64,000 nt of DNA from the human T2T-CHM13v2.0 reference genome, Homo sapiens, in the NCBI RefSeq assembly GCF_009914755.1, contig NC_060936.1. The stretch is one strand, 5' to 3'. Made by a program: the position numbers and the translations under genes. Below are positions 46,413 through 61,738 of this stretch, piece after piece. Position 1 is the first letter of the stretch, and every line of letters starts with the position of its first letter. Under the pieces are notes generated by a model that searched no databases, was not told the origin of the DNA, and saw nothing but the letters and a program-made list of their open reading frames with translations.

Positions 46413-49400
46413 TCTGACACTATATTTTTACTCTTTTCTCTTATGTACAGTGTTCCCAAGTCTATGGTATAATGAACATCAGGAGTTAATATATTCATAT
46501 GTTAAATTTTCTTAACTTTCTATAGTGTCATAATGGCATAGAATCATTATGGAAGTTTATAATACTCCCTGTCATTTACTAATTACTGATGATATTTATT
46601 TGCATTTTAATAAGAAGCCTGTAACCTAACTGACCTCATGTAAAGGAAGAAAGCTATTCCGGTTAGTCCTAGTGAAATTTGATCAGTGCTTCTTGAATTA
46701 CAGTAAATGTGAACAGATAACATATACAGTGTGCAAAAACTTCTGAAAATAACTCATTTATGTAGATTACATAACTAGAGTTAAAGAATTAGGGACCCTT
46801 AGCATTGCAAGGTACTTTTAGGAATCTCCTTGGATTTAATTATTCTCTTTAGCAGTAATCTTTGTCTAATATACTGTAAATTTTACTAGTTTATTATCTA
46901 TGTTGTCCACTCTTTTCTTTTTTCTATTTACTGCTGTATCTGGAGTGCTGACAACTCTGGAATACACAGTAGGCACCCAATACATACAAGGGAGTAAATG
47001 AATGAATTAAAGCTGTCTGTATCTGCTGATCATCCACAATTTAGACGTCCTATACTACATTCCAAGTAAGCCTACATTTGAACACATCTGGTAATTTTAA
47101 AAATGTGTACACCTATGAAAATATTTTAATATATAGCACTGCAATAAAACTCTATTAAAATAGAAAAACATGAGTTGAACATCTTTCCATATTGTATAAG
47201 TAATTTCTTGGCCCCAATTTATTTCAAATGCACATATTCCAAATAAACATACATATACTAAATCTATATATATTCTGAATATATCCTTCCCAAATATGTA
47301 TATAAATATTTCAAATATATATTTTCTAAATATATATATTCCATACATATGTAATATATATCAAATTATTACACTAAACAGGTTGGATTTAGTCTAAGAG
47401 CCAGTTTATAATTATACCTTAGAAATATACCCAGTAGTGCTTTATAGTGCTTTTAAAACATGATTTAAGGAGCAAAATCAGCTAACAGAAGAGCATAATT
47501 AAGGAGATTATAGACATATCTTTTAAAGAAATTAAATTCCTGGTACAAATAAGAGAAGGTAAAAAGCTCACAATTCCTTTTTTCTTTCATAGTTGAGGGC
47601 AAGCGGGGTACGTGTCCTGAATTTATAGAATCTTTTGACACAAAGCAAGAGAGCCACAGTCAAGACTCAAGTCAAAAGAAATTTAGACCCCATCTGGGCA
47701 AACAGGCCTCTAAGCAACAATCTAAGATTTCCACCTATTGTTCTGGCATTCCTTGTATAAATGATTATGACTGCAGAGATCTTAGGAAGTGCTGTGGTAC
47801 CTTTAGATGTGGCCTGAGGTGCATACATCCTCTTATGATTGGCCCTGTATTTTTCAATTCACCTCCACAATCCAAGGCATAAGTAAGTATCGGGCAACAT
47901 GATCCCCTCATCAGTTCTCTGACTCTCTTAAAATACTTTCTGTATCTTTTGTCTTAGTAGTCTTCCAACCCAACCTCATATTTTATATTCTATTATAACT
48001 ATAGTATAGAATTTATAGTTAGAATGGTCTAGAATATAGTCCACTTTCTCTATGGCATATAAAAAGGCATGCCATCTCAGAAGAAATTCTGCATATATGC
48101 CACCTGATTTCAATTATTTATTCATTCAATTAACATTTATTGGATGCCCACAATATGTCACACAGTGAGAATGCAGGGATGGAAGTGACAGATTGGAACC
48201 CCTATGGTTATGCAGTTGATAATATTAGCATATGGTCTTTATCGTTCACTAAGCAACCAGATCTCTTCCTTTCTTTTATTCCCTTCTGCACCCCTTCCAT
48301 CTCTAAGGAAAAGAAAGCATAAATCTCACATCACTTAAAAGTTAGGCATCAGTTTTTAAGCCTTGGTTGAATTACTTTCTTCTCTGTTTTCCTCCCAGAT
48401 ATTGGATGGAGAAATGGATTCAGATGGAGGCATCATTGAGCTTATTCTTGACTCATCTCAGTCCAAACATTACTCTGTCAATCGTTGTTCTTAAAATCTG
48501 CATATTAAAAGCTCAGCATCAACTATTTTTGAGCTCTGTGTCTCATTCAGGGGTTTTGATTAATTTTGAGTTCTAAGGGTACTGGAAATAACTGGATTAG
48601 CAAAGCATATGGTCTTCTCTGCTGTTCTCTTGGGATACCTATGGACCAATGGGGTATACCCAAAGTTTCTTTAGAAGATGAAATCTAAGGGATTCTGGAA
48701 AATATTCAGAAGACACACATTTCAATTTAATCATTGAAATGGCCTGCAGATAATTCTGAAAGTCCACATGCCATACAGGTTCTTTGTTCCTGTTTTGTTT
48801 TGTATGTAATTGGTATTATTTTAATCTTTTGTTTGATATTGATCTAATCTTTTACTATTTGTTTTGGAGAAATATACGGAAGAAATCCATGCCAATGACA
48901 TTTACTAATCTGCTTAAGTTAAAGCACAAATTAGATTAGTGAAATCCATGGGGGTCATCTCTTATGATGTCCACTTCAATATGACAGATTTTTCCCATTT
49001 GTATAATTTGAACTTGTTAATTTAAGAAATAATTAATGAACTTTAATGAAGCCTATCTTTGCACAGATGTGCTTCGTAATATGGCATGAAAATGCATGAA
49101 TCATATGGATAGTAACTTGTATGAATTCAATGAACAAAGAAATTGCTGGTATACGCTATAGCTGACCATGCTGGCAAATATTCTCATTTGTTTTTATATT
49201 TTATTCAGTGATGGGGAAGAAGAAACTCCAGAAAAAAGAATTCCACATATATATTAGGATGTTTCTTTTATACTTTTTCAAAGAAAACTTGTTAGAAAAA
49301 AAAGAAAAATTATGTTTACTAAAAGGTAGTAGCCAAAATTTGCATATAGCTCAGCATTGTATTATGTTGCTCAAGGCTTACATTCAATATACTCCTCTGC

Positions 49401-50181
49401 AAAGCTGTAATTCTGATTTTGTTTTACTGAGTCAATGAAGAAGAAAATTATTGTGTTCCCGTAGTACTGAAATGAAAGTGAGCTTGCAGCTGGAGTGATG
49501 AGATGAGACTAATCTTGCTGGTAGTGTCTAATTGCCGCTAAACATGGTGGGCCTTAGGCATTTTGAATATCAAGAGGTAGGTTGATGACAATGATAGTCA
49601 AAAATTGGAATTGACCACTTTAGCTGCTAACTAAGTAAGACTACTTCCTACCACCATGAGCTATGTAGTGTAGCTATCAACTTTTAAAATTTGTTTTTAT
49701 TTACTTTGAATTCCACAATTAATATATAAATTCATTCTCAGTGTAAACATATTTTTAAAAATTATGAACAAACTAAAAATCCTTCTTGACTTACCTAAAA
49801 ATAACTACTATAATCTATTTGGTTTATTATCTGCACAGGCCTTTTGGGGTGCCTTTATGTTTAAGAACATTTATAAATATATACTGTTATTTTGTGTACT
49901 TAATTAAACATAAAGTATGCATCATAGCATATCCATTGTGATCCAGCTTTAGTTTCTTACTTAACAATATGTCTTGGAGGTAATTCCACGTCAACTTATA
50001 AAGAACTGCCTTTTTTTTTTTTACTGCTGCTTAGGATTTTATACAATAGATATATTAGAATTAACTCCAGCAATCCTCTGCTGGGGGCCATGTAAATGGC
50101 TATAATGTTTTTGCTATAACAAATAATTTTTAATATATACCATATTTAAATATACATGTTTTAATATAAGCATTATTATTA

Positions 50182-50690
50182 TGTAGGTATGGTAAGACCA
50201 ACACGTCAGAAGATGACTACCATTGAAGAGATAGTGTGTTATTTGCAGATCCCAAGAGAATGGGACACACCATGTCATGCTGTGGATGTTTACACATGGA
50301 AGCCTCCATGACAGTCAGGAGGCAGAGGGAGCAGGAGAGGACTGTGGGCAAGATCTTCTATTGTGGTTTCTGTGGGAAGGAATGGTTGATGCAGGATAAG
50401 AAGGTTAAGGATTAGCTAGTTTGTTTCAGTGGGCTCTGGGGTATAGAGACTCTTGCTGGTTGTCTGAGACCCTGGGGTGATTAGGACAGGTGGATAGCGG
50501 TCTGGAGTGTGAGAGCCCAAAGGAGCTGGTTGTGGGGTGTGGACACTGAATTGATTTGCCTTTGTAAAGCAAGCTCACTGGATGGATTGTTTGCTAACTC
50601 TAAGAATTGGCTAATCCTGGGAAGGATGGTCTCTCCAGGGTGAGCAAGGCCTCAGATGTCAAGGCGTTGACACGCAGAAAATAAAAGCCA
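50182..50690 (-). mobile_element. ERVL-class solo LTR (MER76-like)
   Basis: Starts tgtaggtatggtaagaccaac, is GC-richer than its flanks, and has a degenerate antisense polyA signal. Family from recall. Confidence 0.5.
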
Positions 50691-52282
50691 TTTGCTCTTT
50701 AAATATGCTTCCATTTTATTTCCCTATGTTAGCTTCTAATGGAACTGAAGAAAGGAAAGCAGATTAAAGCTTTTCTATGTCAATCATATTAAACACATGC
50801 CTAACAATGATTTTGAAATTTTTGTATGTAATATTTATTTATAATATTTGTTTAAAAAATAAAGCCATGGTGACTGGTACAAATTGTGAAAAATTTGTAT
50901 TTTCTATTTCAGTTACTATTAAATCTCCACTTTTAAACAACATACACTGAGAAATAATCAATATTCTTCCACGTTACCAGCTTAGACAATAAGATGCTCT
51001 CATGCCTTAAGTGGTTGAATTTATAGCTTTTCGGTTTCTGGACCTGCCTGTTCTTCAATATTTTATACTTCTAGACAGAAGTACATATTGGGAGAGTAAC
51101 TCTTCTGTTTCTCCAAGCTTGTTTCTCTAAGGCAAATGCATTTTTTCTCATTTAGCAAAAACAAAAAAAAATTTTATTCGTAGAATAAATGGAATAAAAT
51201 TTACATTTTTGAGGTTACATTACTTTAATCCTAATTCTGATACAGTTAGCAAGGTGATCATTCTTAAATCCAATAAACTAGTGGAAGCAAGTGTTTTTGC
51301 TTATCGCATCAGGGAGAATGGCAGTGGTGTGTACATATGTTCTTCCTCAATTCTATGATTTCATTTATTGTAAGATACAACATCACTTTAATGTCACGTA
51401 ATTTTAATAATGAAAAACAGCTAGCTTCCTTAAAATACGCATTGACTGTAGGATGAATGCCATTAACAGAAAAGAAAAAATAAACTTTAAATATTTCAGT
51501 TGTAATAATGTTTGTAGGGGATTTTGTGAGACTTTTATTAATTTTTTTATTGATACATGACCAATGTACATATTTTAAAAGTATATATGATAATCAAATA
51601 CATTCAAATAATTTTCTAAGATCAAATCATTGTAATTGAGCTATCTATCACTTTAAATATTTGCTCATGAAACTATTTTTAAGTGCCTTCTTTTAGACTT
51701 CTACACTCCAAGCTGAGGTGTGGTGAGCAAAAACAAATAACAAGAAACAAGAGAAGTGGAAACAGTGCTTGTTCCCAGAAAAGTGCTGAAGGCATGGTCC
51801 TATGAGCCATTTTGAGACAAAATAAATTTTTAATAGGGTTGACTCTAGCCACTACTGTAAATATAAATTTACAGTAAATTTAGGACAAGTTATAGTACCA
51901 GTAAGAAAACAACTGAGTTTGAACCAGTGGATGACCAAAAAAGAGAAAAGAATGCCCACCTGGAAAAGAGTAGTCTGAGAAATATGTAGCACTAGAAGGC
52001 AGAGCTAAGGAAAAAGCTTATTAGCAGAAGGAAAGAAATCATAAGGAAGCTCTTTAATGTTATCCAAACTTAGGCTGACCACCCACACCTCTGCAAATCT
52101 TTCAACAACAGCTTTCTCTTGGATACAGTGGTGAGTAGAAATTTTGATCTTGGTTGTTGTCTTAATTGTTGCTCTTAGCAATGTATATTTGTCCCATATC
52201 TTTCAATTCCATAGTAAACCACTGCTCACTTTGCTGTTGGATAACACCAGGATGCCCTGAATATAATACTCTCAAATTATTA

Positions 52283-52430
52283 CTGTTTCTTCCCCTAAAA
52301 TAACATTAAAGAAGGAGGTAAGAGTCAAAACAATCGCTTTTGGTGTTTTAGACATGAAGTCCTTGCCTACCAAAAGCGATTGTTTTGACTCTTACCTCCT
52401 TCTTTAATGTTATTTTAGGGGAAGAAACAG
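52283..52430. repeat. Perfect inverted repeat, 62-bp arms and 24-nt loop
   Basis: 52283-52344 is the exact reverse complement of 52369-52430. Confidence 0.97.
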
Positions 52431-53450
52431 AATGGCAACAAAAGCCAAAATTGACAAATGGGATCGAATTAAACTAAAGAGATTCTGCACAGCAAAAGAA
52501 ACCACCTTCAGAGTGAACAGGCAACCTACAGAATGGGAGAAAATTTTTGCAATCTACTCATCTGACAAAGGGTTAATATCTAGAATCTACAATGAACTCC
52601 AATAAATTTATAAGAAAAAAAACCCCACCAAAAAGTGGGCAAAGGATATGAACAGACACTTCTCAAAAGAAGACATTTATGCAGCTAAAAGACACATGAA
52701 AACATGCTCATCATCACTGGCCATCAGAGAAGTGCAAACCAAAACCACAATGAGATACCATCTCACACCAGTTAGAATGGTGATCATTAAAAAGTCAGGA
52801 AACAACAGGTGCTGGAGAGGATGTGGAGAAATAGGAACACTCTTACACTGTTGGTGGGACTGTAAACTAGTTCAACCATTGTGGAAATCAATGTGGTGAT
52901 TCCTCAGGGGTCTAGAACTAGAAATACCATTTGACCTAGTGATCCCATTACTGGGTATATACCCAAAGGATTATAAGTCATGCTGCTATAAAGACACATG
53001 CACATGTATGTTTATTGCGGCACTATTCACAATAGCAAAGACTTGGAACTAACCCAAATGTCCAACAATGATAGACTGGATTAAGAAAATGTGGCACATA
53101 TACACCATGGAATACTATGCAGCCATAAAAAATGATGAGTTCATGTCCTTTGTAGGGACATTGATGAAGCTGGAAACCATCATTCTCAGCAAACTATCGC
53201 AAGGACAAAAAACCAAACACCACATGTTCTCACTCATAGGTGGGAATTGAACAATGAGAACACATGGACACAGGAAGGGGAACATCACATACCGGGGCCT
53301 GTTGTGGGGTGGGGGGAGTGGGGAGGGATAGCATTTGGAGATTTACCTAATGTTAAATGACGAGTTACTGGGTGCAGCACACCAACATGGCACATGTATA
53401 CATATGTAACGTTGTGCACATGTACCCTAAAACTTAAAGTATAATAATAA
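52336..53450 (+). mobile_element. 5'-truncated, 5'-inverted L1PA (L1PA4-like)
   Basis: ORF2 C-terminus and 3'UTR at 52431-53450, with a 32-nt inverted L1 piece at 52336-52367. TSD aagagtcaaaacaatc (52320-52335) / aaaagtcaaaacaatc (53451-53466). Confidence 0.95.
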
Positions 53451-53869
53451 AAAAGTCAAAACAATCTTTCCCTTTATTCTCTTTCCTGATGTATACATTT
53501 TTAAAAAGGAAAAGTTTAGACTAAATGGAAGAAATTACAATGTAGAATTGGAAAATATTTAAACTTTGCACTAAAAGTAATTTTGTCCGGGTCCTAAGGA
53601 GAAAGCATAGAGGAAATTAAACTTTCGACAAAGAATCACTGAAAGTTTCTGTCTACTGACCTTTCCAAAATGAGAGAATCTTTTCATCTTAAGAGAGTTC
53701 TAGCAGTATCTCAGAAGAAAGAATTCAGGGTGGGACGTATTAAAAGATGGGCTCAAATGATTTAAGAAAGGTATTTCAGGATAGAGAAGTGATTGGACTT
53801 GGGCAAATTTCATGGCATAATAATTTAGAACTGGTGGACGTATCAAAGTGAGGGTCCTGAAGCCAATCT

Positions 53870-54200
53870 TGTTTGTTTGTTTGTTGGTTTTTGAGACAAG
53901 GTCTCATTCTGTCACCCAGACTGATGGAGTGCAGTGGCATGATCATAGCTCACTGCAGCCTTGAACTCCTGGGCTCAAGTTATCCTCCCACCTCAGCCTC
54001 CTGAGGGCTAGGTAGCTAGGACTACAGGCATGTGCCACCATGCCTGGCTATTTTATTTCTTATTTTTTTTAAAAAGATGAGGATTTGAGGTTTTGTTATG
54101 TTGCCCAGGCTAGTCTTGAACTTCTGGCCTCAACCATTCCTTATCCTGCTTCAGCCACCCAAAGTGCTGGGATTACAGGCATGAGCAACTGCACTTGGCC
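53870..54200 (-). mobile_element. AluJ
   Basis: Antisense Alu with a (gttt)n tail. Confidence 0.9.
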
Positions 54201-55718
54201 CATGAATGTTTTTAAATAAGCTATTTGTCCAGGTGAACAGACTGTTGCCTAAGAAAAGTTGATTTTCAAGAATTTCCTGAAGCACAAAGTGAAGTGATTT
54301 ATTAGTATTACAGGCTTATTTTTCCCAGACTAAGTTTTCTCAGAATAAACAGGTCATATTAATGCAGGTGGTTTCAGTTCTTAGTTCTAATATCTATGTC
54401 ACGTCAATGCAGGTCGTTACAATTCCCATAGGCCAATTTCTAACCTGATTCCCTTGCCATCAATTTTATAATAGTTTGGCTTCTTTGATCTTCTAAACCT
54501 CTAGTAAATCCCAGGATATCATGTTGCTTATGTCTGGGTTTGATTGCGTCATGGGATGCAACCTTCTCTTCCTACTGAAGTACGTTTCCTAAAGTCTAAA
54601 TAATTTAGTCTATGGTAATGCCCAGAGAATTTTCAGAAAGACAACAGGTGATGCTTGTTGAAATTTTAACTCCTAAAATGCTCGAGAATTTATGGTAGAA
54701 GGATGGATACAGGCTTTAGTTTGGCATTCCAAGTTGTGTAGTGTCTATGAGGAAATGTGGGTCCTCTTAGGTGATTCTCTTTGCCATGTTTCTATAGAGG
54801 TAAAGTACAAGCATACTTATGTAATAATATTAAAATGACACTCTCGGTTTTATGAACTCCCTTAGATGGTTAAAACTAACTCTGCTTACCTTTCAAACAA
54901 AGTACTAGATGTCCTGAGCAGGACTTGCAAACCATGTGGCTGAAAACCTATTTAAAACTAATGTGCCATACCTACTTTCAGGTAATATATACGGAGCATA
55001 CTGGAGATGAGAGAGAGAAGTTCTTTGGGGAAAAAGTGGTGAGAATACTGTGACAGTTTTCCTCTCTCCCCATGGAGATGAGTTGAAGAAAATGCTTCCT
55101 TCTCACTGACAGTTTAGTAAGAGGGGCTCAAGAGCTTAATATGGCTCTCTGGAATTTGGGGATGTTAATCATTGTCGAAATTACCCCTGAGGGAAATATC
55201 CTCGAGTGGTTGGCTGAACAACCCTTTTGCAGCAGCAAAGTAGAAGGCAGCATTTGAGAAGAAACCGCATGCCTAGCCGCAGTAGATGAAAGGTGCATGT
55301 TTTCTATGGAGCAGCTGTGGGCTACCTAGCAAAGACAGACTAAACTTCCCCAGGAGATTTTCTGAAATGGAGAAGCAACTCAGCAGAGAGAGGCTGGGGC
55401 AGAATCTGGGAAAGGAGTGGGAATGATCAGAAATTGTCAGCTGAAGGCAGGGTGCTGTCCATGTCAAGGGAGTTGCCATCAGAGGCTGCAGGGTTGGGGA
55501 AGGGGAATCACTCTTTCACACCCACCCCGCACCTCACCCACTGCCCCTCACGTAAAATAAAAATAAAAATAAATAAATAAACAAACCCATAAGAGAAAGG
55601 GCAGCTTTCAGCTTGTGTCCCAGTGACAACTTGTAAAACAAGTTTCAATAAACTGAAGTTAACTAAAAATTATTTAATCATTTGGTCAAGTGAAATCATC
55701 AAACATGGCGATTTTCTT

Positions 55719-56766
<1,048 letters not shown>

Positions 56767-57901
56767 CAAACATGGCAATTCTCTTAACTGAAAACAAGAC
56801 AATCAGAGAAAGACATCTTAAAAATATTATGATGTATTTGCTTCCATGAAAGCCAGGAAATTAAAATTATAACAAATTATGTTTTTGTGATGTTAAAAAA
56901 AATTTAAACTTAAAAATAATTTTGTAAGTTTCAATATACCTACTTTTCAATTTTTCAGCATATTTTCCCATTACTTTAATGTTCTACAAAAAAGTCATTA
57001 AAAATATATAAAAACATGTATATAGGAGAATATATTTTCCCTTTTGCCTCTAGTTTCAATATAGATAGTATGAAAATATTTGTAGTATCTAATATAGTAT
57101 GGCACTGGTATTTATTTAAAATTTCAACATTTTGCTAATTATGAATTTTTCTGTGTTAATTTTGATTGTTAAATGTTGCATTAAAATTATTGATAAAAAT
57201 AATAAACAAATACAGAGCATTGTTGTTGATTACTGAGTTTTTTGACACCCCCTGAAATTCTGTACCCAGGGCAAGTGCTTCTCTTTCTCCACCATAATTC
57301 TGGCTCTACCAGGTGGATAAAAGAGCAAAACTTCGTTTCAAAAAAAAAAAAAAAGTGCTCCCATTTTGTATCTTTTTTTGTGTGTGTGTTTATGATGTCT
57401 TTTGATGAATCCAAATATTCCAGCTTTTTTTCCCCAGCTTTATTGAGGTATTACTGATAAATAAAAATTATGTATATTTAACATATACAACTTAATGTTT
57501 TGATATACATATATATTGTGAAATGATTGCCACAATGAAGCTAATTAATATATCTATCATCTCACATAGTTACCTTTTGTTTGTTTGTTTTGTGATAAGA
57601 CAATTCTACTCTATTAGCAAATTTCACGTATACAAAACAGTATTATTAACTATAGTCACCACAATGTATGTTAGATCTCTAGAACTTGTTCATCCACATA
57701 ACTGAAACTTTGTCCCTTTGACCAATATCTCTTCATTTCTTCTACCATTCTACTCTCTGATTTTTTAGTTTGACTCTTAGATTCCACATTTAAGTGAGAT
57801 CATGCAGTAGTTGTCTTTTTGTGTCTGGCTTATGTCCTCCAGGTTCATCTATGCTGTTGCAAAAGGTAGAATTTTCTTCTTTTTATAAGCTGAATACTAT
57901 T

Positions 57902-57903
<2 letters not shown>

Positions 57904-57943
<40 letters not shown>
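57904..57943. repeat. (TG)n microsatellite
   Basis: About 20 perfect TG units. Confidence 0.97.
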
Positions 57944-57950
<7 letters not shown>

Positions 57951-58484
57951 TTACCGTTTTTGAAAAAATCATTCATCCATGGACACTTAGGTTGTTTCCA
58001 TATCTTGGCTATTATGACTAGAACAGCAATTAACATGACACTACAGATATATCTTTAACATACTGATTTGATTTCCTTTGCATGTGCACTCAAAAATGGG
58101 ATTGGTGGATTATATGGTACTTCTTTTTCAAAAATCTTTGAAGAACATCCATATGGTTTTCCATAATGGCTGTACTAATTGACAATTCCACCAACAGTGT
58201 ACAGGGGTTCCCTTTTCTCCACATCCTTGCTCAAACTTTTATTTTGTCTTTTGGTAATAGTCATTCTGATAGTTATAAGGTGATATCTCACTGCAGTTTT
58301 GATATGCATTCCCCTAATGCTTTGTGATGTTGAGCACCTTTTCATTGACCTGTTGGCCATTTGTATGTTGTATTTTTAGAAATGTCTATTCAGGTCCTTT
58401 GCCCATTGTTTAATCGGGTTATTGGGTTGTTTTTTGCTAGGTAGTTGTTTGAGTTCCTTATGTATTTGGGATATTAATTCTTAA

Positions 58485-58986
<502 letters not shown>

Positions 58987-60001
58987 CTATGTTTTTTTTA
59001 AAAGTAGGGTTACAGTTTCTGATCTCACCTTTAGTTCATTTTGAGTGCATTTTTATAGATGGTGTGAGATAAGTGTTTACTTTCATTCTTCCACATGTGG
59101 ATATCCAGTTCTCCCAACAGCATTTATTGAAGAGACTATCCTTTTCCCCATTGTGTGTTCTTGAAATCCTTGTCAAAGATTAGTTGAATATAAATGCATG
59201 AATTTCTTTCTGGATTCTATTCTGTCCCATTAGTCTATATGCTTGTTATTATGCCAGCACCATAATGTTTTGATTACTGCTGCTTTGTAATAGAGATAAA
59301 TATAATCTATACCTCAATTTATTTCTTACAACATTGGAATGATAATAGTACCTATTTTGCAAGGTTGTCAGGATTAGATTAAATAATAAGATGGCTAAAA
59401 GGGCTTACACAATACTTTGGGCATATATTGTCAGTCTCAAGTTTGGGCATATGAATATTAAAATCAAGATCATGACTCATTAATTCTAAAGAGCAGGGGG
59501 TGAAGGTAAAAGTTACATTTGGAAGAAGGCTTTAGGGAGTAAAATGAAGGTCAATTATCAGTGAAAGCAGGTAAAGGTCAAAGCCTCATAGAGCCATGTG
59601 GAATTAAAGGCTAAAACAATTTAATTATTGGATGATAGAAAGGAAGGTGTCAAGTGTTTACTGGAGCAAAAACTAGACTTCAAGTGATGCTTAAAGGCCA
59701 AGATCTGAACCTGGCAGAAGCAAATCAGGAAGTGGGAAGTTAAGACTTAAGGCAAATTGCAGGGTAGTTCTTTTTCATTTTATTAGACTACAGCTTGCTG
59801 GCTAGGGTCTTCATTTTTAACAGTATTTTAAAAATGTTAAAACTTATCATTAATGTTTAAACAACATAGGAGCATAAACAGAAAAAGTCTTACTGACTTC
59901 CACCACAATTTCATTTCCAGAAATACATCACTAATAACATTTTTGTCTGTAATTTGAAATATTTTCTGAACACAAATCTGTCTCATATATATATGCATAT
60001 A

Positions 60002-60060
60002 TTAGGTTGGTGCAAAAGTAAGTGATGGCAAAACTGCACTTAGTTTTACACCAATTTATA
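60002..60060. mobile_element. MADE1 (Hsmar1 MITE), internally deleted
   Basis: Left TIR ttaggttggtgcaaaagtaa and degenerate right TIR ttagttttacaccaattta, in a TA context. Confidence 0.75.
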
Positions 60061-60149
60061 TTAATGAAAATGAAAGAAAAATGGTCACTGCTATTAATAA
60101 AAATGAAAATGAACACACTACTGCTACATTCAACAAAATGCTGAGTGAA

Positions 60150-61430
60150 AAAATCATTATATATATGTGTATACATATTCCTTTTATGTAGAAATGGGAT
60201 CATGCTAATCTTTGTTTTTATTTAATAATATAGTTAGGATATAATTCCATATGCATGCCACACATTTATATCTCCTGAATTCTTTTTAATAACTGAATTA
60301 TATATTTTTTGTATTGGTGATCTATAAGTTATTTAACAAATTTGATGAACATTTATATTGTTACCAGTATTTTGCTATTATAAGCAGTGCTGCAATAAAA
60401 TTTCTTATTCATTTATTTACCTATTATGCAATAATAGTTGCAGGATAAATTCTAAGACTGAGATTTCTGGATAAAACACCAGGCACACTTTACATGTTGA
60501 TAGTTTGTACAACTGGTCTTCCAAAAATTGCATCAATTTGAACTCCCCAAAGGTATAAGAGAATGGCTGCTTCCTATATTCTTACTAACAAAGTTTTAAA
60601 CAAATTATATAGTGTACACAAATGTATATCATGTAATTAATAATTTTTAAGTAAATATTGTTAAAATGTAATATACCTCTAGAAAAATGTACAAATTATA
60701 ACTATGCAGATTTACAGATATTTATACAGCAAACACATCTATGTAATGCAGTCCAGCTCACTAAGTCATACACGAATATTTTACATTATATTATAACACT
60801 CCAAAGGAATCCCTTGTACTGTTTCTCAGATACTACTCTCCACTGCCTGTACACATATCTTTCATGTTGATTAGTTTTACTGTTTCAAACTTTATGTAAA
60901 ATGTAACAATATAATATTTACTCTTCCCAGTTCAGTTTCTTTCACTCAGCATTTTCTATGAGTATGGTAGGAGTAGTGTTATTTTCATTGCTATATAATA
61001 TTCCATTCCATGACTATACTACAATTTACTCATCTATTTTCCTGCTGACAGGCATATGAGTTATTTCTAATTTGGGCTATTTCAAATCATACTGTTAATA
61101 ATCATACACATTTTTTAGTGCACATATCTTACATTACTGTTGTGTCTATTTCTGGAACAAAAATTGCTAGGTCATAGAATATGGGCATGTTTGGCTTTAG
61201 TACCTACTGCCAAATCTTTTTCCAAGTTGTTTGTATTAATTGATACTTTTCACCAAATACGTCACCCCTGCTGATTTCACATTTAGAAAATGGCATCTCC
61301 TAGCTTTAGTGTACAATTCCTTAACTTTATGTGTCATATATTATTGTTTTTTATGTTTATTAGGCAAGCCTGAATTTTATTTCCTTGTGAATAACTGTAC
61401 CCACCTCTCTCTACTACCTGGATACTTCTA
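60150..61430 (-). mobile_element. Old L1ME fragments
   Basis: ttttgctattataagcagtgctgcaataaa; attccatt..gactatactacaatttactcatct; aattgctaggtcatag. Confidence 0.6.
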
Positions 61431-61442
61431 TAAAATAAAATA

Positions 61443-61738
61443 CAGTCATGCATTGTTTAATGATGGCAATACACCTGAAAAATGTGTTGTTAGGTGATTT
61501 TATCATTGTGTGAACATGATTTAGTGTACTCACAAAAACCTAGGTGGCATAGCCTACTACACACCTAGGCTATATGGTGCAGCCTATTGCTCCTAGACTA
61601 CAAACTTGTACAGCATGTCACTGCACTGAAAACTGTAGGCACTTGTAACAGAGTTGTATTTGTGCATACTAAGCATAGAAAAGGTATAGTAAAAATATAG
61701 TATAAAAGATTAAAAAACAATACACCTATATAGAGAAC
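61443..61738 (+). mobile_element. Tigger3 (Golem)-like DNA transposon fragment, interrupted by THE1
   Basis: Terminus ta-cagtcatgcattgtttaatgatgg; atagcctactacacacctaggctatatgg. Confidence 0.8.
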
